Shown here one piece after another: positions 41,539 to 51,114 of a stretch of 62,396 bases of DNA (position 1 is its first letter; each line of letters begins with the position of its first letter). Below the pieces are notes generated by a model. The model saw only the letters and a list, made by a program, of their open reading frames with translations, did no database searches and was not told the origin of the DNA. The translations under genes and the position numbers were made by a program. The DNA is taken from positions 1 through 62,396 of the forward strand of contig CALVRI010000004.1 of NCBI GenBank assembly GCA_944358525.1. Reading direction: 5' to 3'. The stretch comes from an uncultured Bacilli bacterium (GTDB taxonomy: Bacteria; Bacillota_I; Bacilli_A; RF39; UBA660).

Positions 41539-42519
41539 ATGCGAGAACTCTTTGAAACATTAAATGAAAATATAAAAAAACATGATGAAATAATAATTAT
41601 GACACATGCGAGACCTGATTTAGATGGAATGGGGTCTGCTTTAGCATTTTCTAAAATAGTTAATTCTATGAAGAGAAAAGTTTATATTGTTTCTCCAAAA
41701 GAAAAATTGTACCGTTCTTTGGATAAAGCTATTAAATTACTTATTGATAATGATATAACTTTTGATTTTAAGAGTGAGGAAGAAATAATAAAAGGTAAAT
41801 ATAATAAACCTTTATTAATTATTTTGGATACACAAAAACCAGAATTGGTAGAATCTGAAAAAGTGCTTGATTTAATTGATGATAAAATTGTTATTGATCA
41901 TCATATTGGTAGTTTGGATACAATTGATGATACTATATATAAATATAGTGATGCGAATAAATCTAGCATTGTTGAAGTTATAGCAGAGTATTTAAGTTAT
42001 TTGGATTTAAAAATCGAACCATTAATTATGACTGTTTTACTTTCTGGTATGGTTGTAGATACTAGTAGTTTTAATATCAAGACTACAGCTAGGACTTTTG
42101 AAATGGCAGCTTATTTAGCTAAAAACGGGGCAGATTTTGTAATGATTCAAGATATATTAAAAGAACCAAGAGAAGAAATGATTAAAAGATATGGTTTTAT
42201 AAGCAATAGTGAAGAGATAGCTTCGGATGTTTTGATGTGCATGATGGATGATAAAATACATGGTAATGTTGATATTGCTTTGCTTGCTAAAGAATTACTT
42301 AAATTTGAAGATATTAAAGCTTCATTTGCGGTTGGAAGGATTTCTCATAGTATTGTAGGAGTTAGTGCTCGTTCTATGGGTGATGTTAATGTTGGTGAAA
42401 TTATGGAAAAGTTAGGTGGCGGAGGTCATTTAACTGATGCGGCCGCACAAATTAAGGATAAAACTCTAGAAGAGGTTGCTGATGAATTAAAAAAAATCGT
42501 TAAGGATGTGATAAAATGA
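41539..42519 (+). CDS. DHH/DHHA1 phosphoesterase (GdpP-like catalytic module only)
   Basis: HARPDLDGMGS, DHH (IDHHIG) and GGGH (GGGGHLTDAAAQ). It has the conserved position upstream of rplI-dnaB. Confidence 0.8.
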   Translation: MRELFETLNENIKKHDEIIIMTHARPDLDGMGSALAFSKIVNSMKRKVYIVSPKEKLYRSLDKAIKLLIDNDITFDFKSEEEIIKGKYNKPLLIILDTQKPELVESEKVLDLIDDKIVIDHHIGSLDTIDDTIYKYSDANKSSIVEVIAEYLSYLDLKIEPLIMTVLLSGMVVDTSSFNIKTTARTFEMAAYLAKNGADFVMIQDILKEPREEMIKRYGFISNSEEIASDVLMCMMDDKIHGNVDIALLAKELLKFEDIKASFAVGRISHSIVGVSARSMGDVNVGEIMEKLGGGGHLTDAAAQIKDKTLEEVADELKKIVKDVIK

Positions 42520-42953
42520 GAGTTATATTACTTAAAGATGTAAAGAAACAAGGAAAAAAAGATGATGTAATAGAAGTTAAAGATGGTTATGGAACTTATT
42601 TAATTAATAATAAATTAGCTGTTTTGGAAACTAAAGGAAGTAGTAAAATTTTAAAGAAACAACAAGAAGAGGCAGCTTTAGAAGAGTCTTTACTTTTAAA
42701 GGAATGCGAAGATATTAAAAGAAAATTAGAAAAAATGACTTTGAATTTTAACGTTAATACTGGTAAAAATGGACAAGTTTTTGGACAAATAAGTACTAAA
42801 CAAATTGCTGAAGAATTAAGGAAAAAAGGTTTTGATATTGATAAAAGAAAGATTAAACTAGATGTACCAATTAATACATTAGGTGTTACTAATGTTAAAG
42901 TGATTTTACATAAAGATGTAGAAGCAACTTTAAAAATACATTTACAAAAGTAG
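42516..42953 (+). CDS. rplI: 50S ribosomal protein L9
   Basis: MRVILLKDVKKQGKKDDVIEVKDGYGTYLI. Confidence 0.93.
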   Translation: MRVILLKDVKKQGKKDDVIEVKDGYGTYLINNKLAVLETKGSSKILKKQQEEAALEESLLLKECEDIKRKLEKMTLNFNVNTGKNGQVFGQISTKQIAEELRKKGFDIDKRKIKLDVPINTLGVTNVKVILHKDVEATLKIHLQK

Positions 42954-42961
42954 GTGGTTAG

Positions 42962-44308
42962 ATGAATGATAGAGCTATGCCGCAAAAGATAGATGCGGAA
43001 CAAGCTGTAATAGGTTCAATGTTTTTAAGTGAGAAGGCTTTAGAACGTATAGTTGAAAGATTAAATAAAGATATGTTTTATTTGGATTCTCACAAAAAAA
43101 TATTTGAAACTATTAAAAACTTAGCTGATAAAAAAGTACCAATTGATATAACAACTGTTACGGCAGAACTTGAAAGAAAAAAACTACTTAATCAAGTTGG
43201 TGGAGTTGAATATTTAACACAAATAATTAATGTTGTACCAACAGCGGCAAATGCGGATGAATATATTAATATTATTGAAGAAAAGTTTTTAAGACGTAAT
43301 TTAATTGAGGCTGGTACTGATATTGCAAATGCGGGTTTTTCTTCAACTGAAGATATTGGTGATATTTTAGATGATGCTGAGAAAAAAATATTTGATGTTA
43401 TTAAAAATAGAAGAGGTTCTGAATTTAAGACTATTCAAGATGTTTTATTTAAAGCTCAAGCTGATTTGGAGAAACTTTCTTCAATGAAGGGTGAAATTAC
43501 TGGAGTTCCATCTGGATATTATGATATTGATAGATTAACGGCTGGTTTTCATGAAAATGAACTTATTATAATTGCAGCCCGTCCAGCCATGGGTAAGACT
43601 GCTTTTGCGGTTAATATGGCGGTTAATATGGCAATGAATGCAAAAAAAACTGTAGCTTTATTTAACATGGAAATGGGCGCTGAACAATTGATTTCACGTA
43701 TGCTTTCTTCAGTTGGTCAAATTGAAGCTTCTAAATTACGTACAGGAAAATTAGAACATAATGATTGGAAGCGAGTTAATGAAGCTATTAGTAGACTTGC
43801 TGATACTAAAATATTTATCGATGATACTCCAGGAATGACAGTTAGTGAAATTAGAGCAAAGTGTAGAAGGCTTGCGAATTCTGAAGATGGTTTAGATATT
43901 GTAATTATCGATTATTTACAACTTATTAATGGTTCTGCTAGATATGCTGGTCAAAGACAACAAGAGGTATCTGAAATATCTAGATCATTAAAAACTATGG
44001 CGATGGAACTTAATATTCCGGTTATTGCTTTAGCTCAACTTTCACGTAGTGTTGAAGGTAGAGAAGATAAAAGACCATTACTTTCTGATTTAAGAGAGTC
44101 TGGTTCTATTGAACAAGATGCAGATATTGTAGCTTTCTTATATCGTGATGATTATTATAATAAAGAAAGTGCAATTGATGAAAATACAAGTAAAAGTGAA
44201 TTTATTATTTCTAAACATCGTAGTGGACCTACAGCTACTGTTAATTTGATTTTTAAGAGAGATACTAGTTCATTTTTCAATATGGAAAATAGTCAGGTAG
44301 GTGAGTAG
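42962..44308 (+). CDS. dnaB: Replicative DNA helicase (DnaB; DnaC in Bacillus nomenclature)
   Basis: PQKIDAEQAVIGSMF N-terminus and Walker A ARPAMGKTAF. RecA-like C-terminal domain. Confidence 0.95.
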   Translation: MNDRAMPQKIDAEQAVIGSMFLSEKALERIVERLNKDMFYLDSHKKIFETIKNLADKKVPIDITTVTAELERKKLLNQVGGVEYLTQIINVVPTAANADEYINIIEEKFLRRNLIEAGTDIANAGFSSTEDIGDILDDAEKKIFDVIKNRRGSEFKTIQDVLFKAQADLEKLSSMKGEITGVPSGYYDIDRLTAGFHENELIIIAARPAMGKTAFAVNMAVNMAMNAKKTVALFNMEMGAEQLISRMLSSVGQIEASKLRTGKLEHNDWKRVNEAISRLADTKIFIDDTPGMTVSEIRAKCRRLANSEDGLDIVIIDYLQLINGSARYAGQRQQEVSEISRSLKTMAMELNIPVIALAQLSRSVEGREDKRPLLSDLRESGSIEQDADIVAFLYRDDYYNKESAIDENTSKSEFIISKHRSGPTATVNLIFKRDTSSFFNMENSQVGE

Positions 44309-45784
44309 ATGAAAAAATTTAGTATAGGTATAATGCTTGCTATAACTATAGCTTTAGTTTGTGTTTTAGGCTTTGGTTATAAATCATCACCTGAACCTAA
44401 TAATTATTATGAGGTTTATTTAAATGATGAGTCTTTAGGTACTATTAAATCTAAAGATGAATTAGAGGATTATATTGATGAAAATGGTGCTTATTATAAA
44501 AAGAAATTTAATGTTGATAAGGTTTATTCACCTAAAGGATTACAAATTAGAAAATTAACTACATATAATGGTGATGTTGATTCTGTATCTAGTGTATATA
44601 GAAAGATTGCTAAAAAGGGTAAATTTACTATCAAAGGTTATGAGTTTGTAATAAAAAAACAGGCTGATGAAAAAAATACTGAGGCAGAAGAACAACTTAC
44701 AACTCAGAGTATTTATGTTTTGGATAAAAGTGTTTTTAAAAATGCTGTGGAGGCTTTAATAAGAACTTTTGTTGGTGAAGATAGTTATAAAGCTTATGTT
44801 GATGATACACAAGTGAAAATAGAAACTACAGGTGAGGAAATACAAAATGTATATGTTAATGAAGATATTACTGTTAAAGAAACTAATATTCCTGTAGATG
44901 AGACAATTTATACTGATGAGAGTACTTTGGCTAATTATTTATTATATGGAAAAAATCAAACAGGCAGTGAATATATTGTTCAAGCTGGAGATACGATTGA
45001 AAATGTTGCTTTTAATAATAAAATTAGTCCCGAGGAAGTTTTAATTTCAAATACGGATTTAACTAGTACAACTAATTTACTTTATCCTGGTCAAAAATTA
45101 AGAATAGTTGAGACTAACCCTCAAATTAGTGTTGTTGAAGAATCTTATGTTGTTGAAGATATTGAAAGTCAATATACGACTGAAGAACGTTATGATGACA
45201 ATACAGCTATAGGACAAGATAAGGTTATTCAAGAAGGTCAAAATGGTTTGGAACGTGTAGCTCAAAAGGTTAGAAAAGTTAATGGAATTATTAATTATGT
45301 TGATCCTCAAGGTAAAAGTGTATTGAAGGAACCGGTTAGTAGGATTATTCTTAAAGGAAATAAATATATTCCTGATGTTGGAAGTACAACTAGCTGGGGA
45401 TGGCCTACAGATAGTGGTTGGACTTTAAGTAGTGGTTATGTATGGAGAACTAATCCAGTTACTGGAAAGCGTGAACTTCATGGTGGCCTTGATATAAGTG
45501 GTACTGGATATGGTTCAAAAATATATGCGACAAATAATGGTCGTGTAAAAGAAGCAGGTTATCATTATAGTTATGGTAATCATGTAATAATTGATCATAA
45601 TAATGGTTATTTAACATTATATGCTCATATGTCTAGAATAAATGTAAAGGTTGGTCAAGTAGTAGCTCGTGGAGATGTTATTGGTTATGTTGGTATGACT
45701 GGAACTGCCACTGGTCCGCATGTTCATTATGAAATATGGAAGGGTTGCGATTATTGCCGAATTAATCCGATGAGTATGTACTAA
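44309..45784 (+). CDS. Membrane-anchored peptidoglycan endopeptidase (LysM, G5-like, M23)
   Basis: LysM YIVQAGDTIENVA...YPGQKLRI and M23 HGGLDISG...GMTGTATGPHVHYEI. Confidence 0.85.
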   Translation: MKKFSIGIMLAITIALVCVLGFGYKSSPEPNNYYEVYLNDESLGTIKSKDELEDYIDENGAYYKKKFNVDKVYSPKGLQIRKLTTYNGDVDSVSSVYRKIAKKGKFTIKGYEFVIKKQADEKNTEAEEQLTTQSIYVLDKSVFKNAVEALIRTFVGEDSYKAYVDDTQVKIETTGEEIQNVYVNEDITVKETNIPVDETIYTDESTLANYLLYGKNQTGSEYIVQAGDTIENVAFNNKISPEEVLISNTDLTSTTNLLYPGQKLRIVETNPQISVVEESYVVEDIESQYTTEERYDDNTAIGQDKVIQEGQNGLERVAQKVRKVNGIINYVDPQGKSVLKEPVSRIILKGNKYIPDVGSTTSWGWPTDSGWTLSSGYVWRTNPVTGKRELHGGLDISGTGYGSKIYATNNGRVKEAGYHYSYGNHVIIDHNNGYLTLYAHMSRINVKVGQVVARGDVIGYVGMTGTATGPHVHYEIWKGCDYCRINPMSMY

Positions 45785-46542
45785 TGAAAATTTGTGTTTT
45801 AGCAAGCGGAAGCAAGGGTAACTGTTCATATATTGAGACTGAAAAAACTAAGTCATTAGTGGATTTAGGAATGAGTGCAAGTTATGTTGCTAAGTCTTTA
45901 AAGAACATTGGTGTAGATCCTTCTTCTATTCAAAGGGTCTTTATAACACATACACATGCGGATCACGTGTCAGGTTTAAAAGTATTTTTAAAAAAATATC
46001 ATCCTACTATCTATTTAACTAAAAAAATGGAAGATGAATTGGATTTTGATATTTATGATAAAGTTTATATTGACAAAGATACGTCTATTGCTGATTTAAA
46101 TGTTTCGGTAATTAAAACTTCTCATGATGTTGCAGATTCTAATGGTTATATATTTTCTTCTTTAGATAAATCTATTGTATATATTACAGATACTGGTTAT
46201 ATTCATGTAAAAAATTTTGATAAATTAAAAAATAAGAGTTTATATGTTTTTGAAAGTAATCATGATGTACGTTTGCTTAGAGAAGGAAAATATCCTTATT
46301 ATTTACAACAACGTATACTTAGTGATAAAGGACATTTATCTAATAAGGATTCGGCATATTATTTATCAAATTTTATTGGAGATAATACAGAAAAAATAAT
46401 TTTAATACACCTTAGTGAGGAAAACAATAGACCTGAGATTGCTTTAAAAACATTACTTGATACTTTGGAAAAAAAAGGTGTTAGAAGACCAGATATAGAA
46501 ATAGCTATGCAAAGAGAAAGTACGGAGTTAATAGAATTATGA
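45784..46542 (+). CDS. MBL-fold hydrolase YycJ/WalJ-like
   Basis: ASGSKGNC and THTHADHVSG motifs. Confidence 0.8.
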   Translation: MKICVLASGSKGNCSYIETEKTKSLVDLGMSASYVAKSLKNIGVDPSSIQRVFITHTHADHVSGLKVFLKKYHPTIYLTKKMEDELDFDIYDKVYIDKDTSIADLNVSVIKTSHDVADSNGYIFSSLDKSIVYITDTGYIHVKNFDKLKNKSLYVFESNHDVRLLREGKYPYYLQQRILSDKGHLSNKDSAYYLSNFIGDNTEKIILIHLSEENNRPEIALKTLLDTLEKKGVRRPDIEIAMQRESTELIEL

Positions 46543-46985
46543 AAATAATATGTGTTGGTAAGATTAAAGAAAAATTTTTTGTGGGTGCTATAGAGGAATA
46601 TAGTAAAAGAATTAGTAAATATACTAAATTAGAAATTATTCAAATTTCTGATGAAGCAAATGAAAGTGTTGCTTTAAAAAAAGAAGGAGAAAAGATACTT
46701 TCTAAAATTAAAGATAATGACTATGTTGTTACTTTAGAAATAGAAGGTAATAGTTTAACTTCTTTGGAGTTTGCTAAAAAAATTGATAATAATTTTGGGA
46801 GTAATAAGAGTTTAACTTTTGTAATCGGCTCATCTTATGGTCTTGATGATTTAGTTAAACAAAGAAGTGATTATAAGTTATCTTTTTCTAAATTTACTTT
46901 TCCGCATCAACTTTTTAGAATTATACTACTTGAACAAATATACCGTGCATATAAGATAAATAATAATGAAAATTACCATAAATAA
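46539..46985 (+). CDS. rlmH: 23S rRNA (pseudouridine1915-N3)-methyltransferase RlmH
   Basis: 148-aa SPOUT protein with C-terminal FPHQLFRIILLEQIYRAYKI. Confidence 0.9.
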   Translation: MKIICVGKIKEKFFVGAIEEYSKRISKYTKLEIIQISDEANESVALKKEGEKILSKIKDNDYVVTLEIEGNSLTSLEFAKKIDNNFGSNKSLTFVIGSSYGLDDLVKQRSDYKLSFSKFTFPHQLFRIILLEQIYRAYKINNNENYHK

Positions 46986-46989
46986 TTTT

Positions 46990-47030
46990 AGACTTTTTGG
47001 GAATACAATTCTTAAAAAGTCTGTTTTTTC
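46990..47030 (+). terminator. rlmH terminator
   Basis: AGACTTTTT...AAAAAGTCT stem followed by a GTTTTTT run. Confidence 0.65.
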
Positions 47031-47120
47031 ATAAAAACGTGAAAGTTGATATGAAAAAAATACATAAAAACGTGAAACTAATAAAATTTGTATAAAAAAA
47101 TAAGTTTTAATAAACTTGTT

Positions 47121-47366
47121 TTATTTTTGGATAAATTTATCTAAACTTACATTTAATGCAGTAGCTATTCGATAAAATGTATCTAAAGAAAAGTTAGCAC
47201 TTACTTTTTCACTTTCGATTTGTCTGATATAGTCATGTGATAAATCGACCATTTCGGCTAGTTCAGCAGCTGTTATGCCTTTTTCTTTACGATATTTTTT
47301 TATATTTTTTCTAATTGTTGAATATATGTCATTATCATATTTTGGTTTTTCCATGTTAGGCATCAC
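47121..47366 (-). CDS. XRE-family helix-turn-helix regulator
   Basis: 81 aa with ITAAELAEMVDLSHDYIRQIESEK and a GTG start. It is divergent from the 47490 gene. Confidence 0.8.
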   Translation of the reverse strand: MMPNMEKPKYDNDIYSTIRKNIKKYRKEKGITAAELAEMVDLSHDYIRQIESEKVSANFSLDTFYRIATALNVSLDKFIQK

Positions 47367-47489
47367 CTAACATTATTATAGAATAAATCAGTTTGCTTAT
47401 ATGTTAGCTAGTTCTTCACAAAATTTAATGTTTATGTTATAATTTTAATGTGAGTTAATAACTAACATTTTGTGGTGGGTGATTTGTTA

Positions 47490-48572
47490 ATGAGAAAAAT
47501 AGGTAGGCATAAGAGAAAAAAACAGAAGAATTTTTTAATAATAGGAAGTTTATCATTACTTTTATTTTTGTGTGTAGGGTATGCAGCTTTTAGTACTAAT
47601 TTAAGTATAACGGCCAAAGGAAATGTGAAAGAAAAATCGAGAGTAATTCAAGCTTGGGAAGAGAATAGCCAAACAGATTTTCATTTAGACTTTTATAAAC
47701 AAAATATTGTTAGTGCGACATTTTTAGATAATAATAGTGTTCCAAGTAGTGCGGTGGAGAGTTGGAATGTATCAGAAGATAAAGAGAATGGTAGTGTGAT
47801 GGCTTGGGTTATTCCTAATAATAATGATAATACTAAGTATGATTTATATATAGGTGCGCCTGCGGGAGTTATAGCAAACGAAGATAGTGGTTATGTGTTT
47901 TATGATTTTACACTATTAAATAATATTGAATTTAATAGTAATTTTAATACTGTTAGAGTTACTAATTTGGAAGGAATGTTCCGTAATTGTTTGAGTATTG
48001 AAACGTTAAATTTAAGTAGTTTTAACACAAGCAATGTTACAAATATGCACGAGATGTTTTATAATTGTGATAAAATACAATCACTTGATTTAAGTAATTT
48101 TGATACAAGCAATGTGACTAATATGGTTTCGATGTTTTTAGATTGTGATTCTTTATTAAGTCTTGATGTAAAAAACTTTAATACATCTAATGTAACAACT
48201 ATGGAAGCAATGTTTGGTAATTGTGATAATATTGAATCAATTGATGTGAGTAATTTTGATACAAGTAATGTTACTAATATGAGAGATATGTTTTCATATA
48301 ATCCTAATTTAAAAAGTATTACAGGATTAGAAGATTTTAATACTTCTAATGTTACAAATATGATAGGTATGTTTAATAAGGATAGTAAATTAGAACAAAT
48401 AAATTTATGTTCATTTGATACATCAAAGGTAATTGACATGCATTTAATTTTTGCTGATACTTCAAGTTTAAAAGTAGTATATGTTGGTACAAATTGGGCA
48501 ACTGAAAATGCTGATGTTACAAATATGTTTTTAGATAGTGCTATTTCTTCAGTAACGACAGGTCAATGTTAA
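47490..48572 (+). CDS. BspA-type (DUF285) leucine-rich-repeat surface protein with conserved leader
   Basis: Leader MRKIGRHKRKKQKNFLIIGSLSLLLFLCVGYAAFSTNLSI. Seven to eight units of about 25 aa carry the F(N/D)TSNVTNMxxMF signature. Confidence 0.8.
   Translation: MRKIGRHKRKKQKNFLIIGSLSLLLFLCVGYAAFSTNLSITAKGNVKEKSRVIQAWEENSQTDFHLDFYKQNIVSATFLDNNSVPSSAVESWNVSEDKENGSVMAWVIPNNNDNTKYDLYIGAPAGVIANEDSGYVFYDFTLLNNIEFNSNFNTVRVTNLEGMFRNCLSIETLNLSSFNTSNVTNMHEMFYNCDKIQSLDLSNFDTSNVTNMVSMFLDCDSLLSLDVKNFNTSNVTTMEAMFGNCDNIESIDVSNFDTSNVTNMRDMFSYNPNLKSITGLEDFNTSNVTNMIGMFNKDSKLEQINLCSFDTSKVIDMHLIFADTSSLKVVYVGTNWATENADVTNMFLDSAISSVTTGQC
47940..48539 (+). repeat. 75-nt periodic coding repeats (DUF285/LRR units)
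   Basis: FNTSNVTNMHEMF, FDTSNVTNMVSMF, FNTSNVTTMEAMF, FDTSNVTNMRDMF, FNTSNVTNMIGMF and FDTSKVIDMHLIF, plus degenerate end units. Confidence 0.85.
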
Positions 48573-48629
48573 AAATTTGAATAAAAAATAAGTAAACTAC
48601 CCATTATTAAATTGAAGGGTGGTTTTTAA

Positions 48630-49157
48630 ATGAAAAAAACAGTTATTTTACTTTTAATTATTGGAGTATTTTATGTGTTTGTTTCTAATGCTTTGGCTAA
48701 AACTTTAACAATACCTTCTGATGCGATTAGAATAAGAATTATCCCTAATAGTAATTCAGTTTTTGACCAAGATATAAAATTAAAAGTTAAAGATAAAATA
48801 GAAATTACAATGTACGATTTACTTAAGGATGCGAAAAGTAGTGAAGAAGCAGAAGAGATAATCAAAAATAATTTAGAGTTGGTAGATAAAGATGTTAAAA
48901 ATATTTTAAGTGAAGAAAATTATGATAAAGGATATACAATAAATTTTGGCGAGAATTATTTTCCTGAAAAAGAATATAAGGGAGTTAAGTATGAAGCGGG
49001 TTATTATGAGTCGTTACTTATTACTTTAGGTAAAGGCGAAGGTGACAATTGGTGGTGTGTTTTATTTCCACCTTTATGTTTAATCGAAGGAGAAGAAAAT
49101 ACGGAAGTAGAGTATAAATCGATTGTTATGGAGATAATAGAAAAATATTTGTCCTAA
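48630..49157 (+). CDS. spoIIR: Stage II sporulation protein R
   Basis: IPSDAIRIRIIPNSNS...DQDIKLKV and GEGDNWWCVLFPPLC match B. subtilis SpoIIR. Confidence 0.87.
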   Translation: MKKTVILLLIIGVFYVFVSNALAKTLTIPSDAIRIRIIPNSNSVFDQDIKLKVKDKIEITMYDLLKDAKSSEEAEEIIKNNLELVDKDVKNILSEENYDKGYTINFGENYFPEKEYKGVKYEAGYYESLLITLGKGEGDNWWCVLFPPLCLIEGEENTEVEYKSIVMEIIEKYLS

Positions 49158-49202
49158 TATAAAAACTAGTACCATAAACTTTTAATAAGAGGTGAAGTTA
49201 CT

Positions 49203-49727
49203 GTGCTACTAGTTTTTTTAATGGCTGTTAGTTTAAGTATGGATGCATTTTCTTTGGCTTTGGCTTATGGAACTTTAGGAATGAATAATAAAGATAAGTT
49301 TATTTTATCTTTAATTGTTGGAATTTTTCATTTAATTATGCCATTACTTGGAATGTTGGCGGGTGAGGTGATACTTTCTTTATTTAAATTTAATCCTGAT
49401 ATTTTAGTGGCAATCATACTTTTATTTATTGGTATTCAGATGATTATATCTTCTTTTAAGAAAAATGAGGATATTAAACCATTAAAGTTTAGTGAATTTT
49501 TTCTTTTTGGGCTAGCAGTTAGTGTTGATAGTTTAACACTTGGCATAACTTTACCAAATATGGGTTTAAGTACAGTTTTAGCTCCTATAATATTTGCAAT
49601 TATAAGTTGTTTATTTACATTTATTGGTTTATTTATAGGTAACAAAATCGAAAAATTACTGGGTGATGTTGCTACTGTTATTGGAGGAGCTATTTTAACT
49701 ATAATTGGACTTGTTTTTGCACTTTGA
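49203..49727 (+). CDS. mntP: Manganese efflux pump MntP
   Basis: 174 aa with 6 TM segments and SMDAFSLA / SVDSLTLG half-repeat motifs. The start (GTG 49203 or ATG 49221) is uncertain. Confidence 0.8.
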   Translation: MLLVFLMAVSLSMDAFSLALAYGTLGMNNKDKFILSLIVGIFHLIMPLLGMLAGEVILSLFKFNPDILVAIILLFIGIQMIISSFKKNEDIKPLKFSEFFLFGLAVSVDSLTLGITLPNMGLSTVLAPIIFAIISCLFTFIGLFIGNKIEKLLGDVATVIGGAILTIIGLVFAL

Positions 49728-49799
49728 AGTGTTAAATAAATGCATAGTTATTTGTAAATTTGTGTGAATGTGATAAAATAAATTGAAAGGTGATTTTTA

Positions 49800-51050
49800 A
49801 TGGATAAAATTAAAGTTATTGGTGGACAGACTTTAAGTGGAAAAATATATATAAGTGGTTCTAAAAACAGTGTGGTATCTTTGCTTCCAGCTGCAATTCT
49901 TTCAGATGAAGTAGTGATTGAAAAAGTACCACATATTTCTGATGTGGATAATTTAGAAGAAATTTTAAGGTTTTTAGATGTTAAATTTTCTTTAGAAAGT
50001 GGGACTATTCATATTGATAGTACTCATATGGTAAATAAGCCTATTACTTTAGAATATTCTAGTAAGTTAAGAGCTTCATATTATTTTATGGGAGCTTTGC
50101 TTTCTAAGTTTAAAAAAGTTGAAATTAGTTTTCCTGGAGGATGTAATATAGGAAAAAGATCATTTGATTTTCATTTAAGTGGTTTTGAAAAATTAGGAGC
50201 TAAAGTTACTATTAATGATAATTTATATATTATTGAAGCGGATGAACTTATAGGTGCAGATATTAATTTACCCTTTCCAAGTGTTGGTGCGACAGTAAAT
50301 ATAATATTAGCTTCTGTTATGGCTAAAGGAACAACTATTATTAATAATGCGGCTAGTGAACCGGAAATAGGGAATTTAATAGAGTTTTTAAATAGTATGG
50401 GAGCTAAAATTAAAGGCATAGATACTAATAGATTAGAAATTATAGGTGTTAGTAAGTTAAGTGGCGGATATGTTAAAGTTATTCCTGATAGAATTGAGGC
50501 TGGAACATATATATTGGCTGGTGTTATGAATGGTAAAGATTTAGAAATATGTGATGTTAGACCAGATCATTTAACTAGTTTTTTTGAGAAGTTAAAAGAA
50601 ATAGGATGCGATTATAAGATTGATGGTGATAAAGTTATTACTAATAAAGTCGAACATTTGAAACCGGTTAATATTGAAACAGCTGTTTACCCTGGATTTG
50701 CGACTGATTTACAACAACCAATTACTACATTATTATTACAATGTAATGGAGTTAGTACAGTTAAAGAAACAATTTATGAAAATAGATTTCAAAATACTAA
50801 ATATTTAAATGAAATGGGAGCAAATATTGAAGTTTTAGGAGATACCATTAAAGTATATGGCCCAACTCTTTTAAAAGGAAAATTAGTAAGAACCAGTGAT
50901 TTAAGAGCAGGAGCTGCTTTGGTTTTAGCGGCTTTATCAGCTGAGGGTGAGACAACAATTACTGATATTAAACATTTACTTCGTGGATATAGTGATTTGA
51001 TTAAAAAATTAACTAATGTGGGCGCTAAAATATGGCTTGAAGACGAATAG
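49800..51050 (+). CDS. murA: UDP-N-acetylglucosamine 1-carboxyvinyltransferase
   Basis: 416 aa with KVIGGQTLSGKIYISGSKNS N-terminus and an EPSP-synthase-like fold length. Confidence 0.95.
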   Translation: MDKIKVIGGQTLSGKIYISGSKNSVVSLLPAAILSDEVVIEKVPHISDVDNLEEILRFLDVKFSLESGTIHIDSTHMVNKPITLEYSSKLRASYYFMGALLSKFKKVEISFPGGCNIGKRSFDFHLSGFEKLGAKVTINDNLYIIEADELIGADINLPFPSVGATVNIILASVMAKGTTIINNAASEPEIGNLIEFLNSMGAKIKGIDTNRLEIIGVSKLSGGYVKVIPDRIEAGTYILAGVMNGKDLEICDVRPDHLTSFFEKLKEIGCDYKIDGDKVITNKVEHLKPVNIETAVYPGFATDLQQPITTLLLQCNGVSTVKETIYENRFQNTKYLNEMGANIEVLGDTIKVYGPTLLKGKLVRTSDLRAGAALVLAALSAEGETTITDIKHLLRGYSDLIKKLTNVGAKIWLEDE

Positions 51051-51114
51051 TTTTTGTTTATAATTAATATATTTAAAGTAGATTTATTTCTACTTTTTAT
51101 TATGGGTGATTTGA

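Noticed and set aside
49158-49202. Expected yybP-ykoY Mn riboswitch upstream of mntP.
   Set aside because: The leader is only about 45 nt and lacks the conserved four-helix architecture. No riboswitch can fit.
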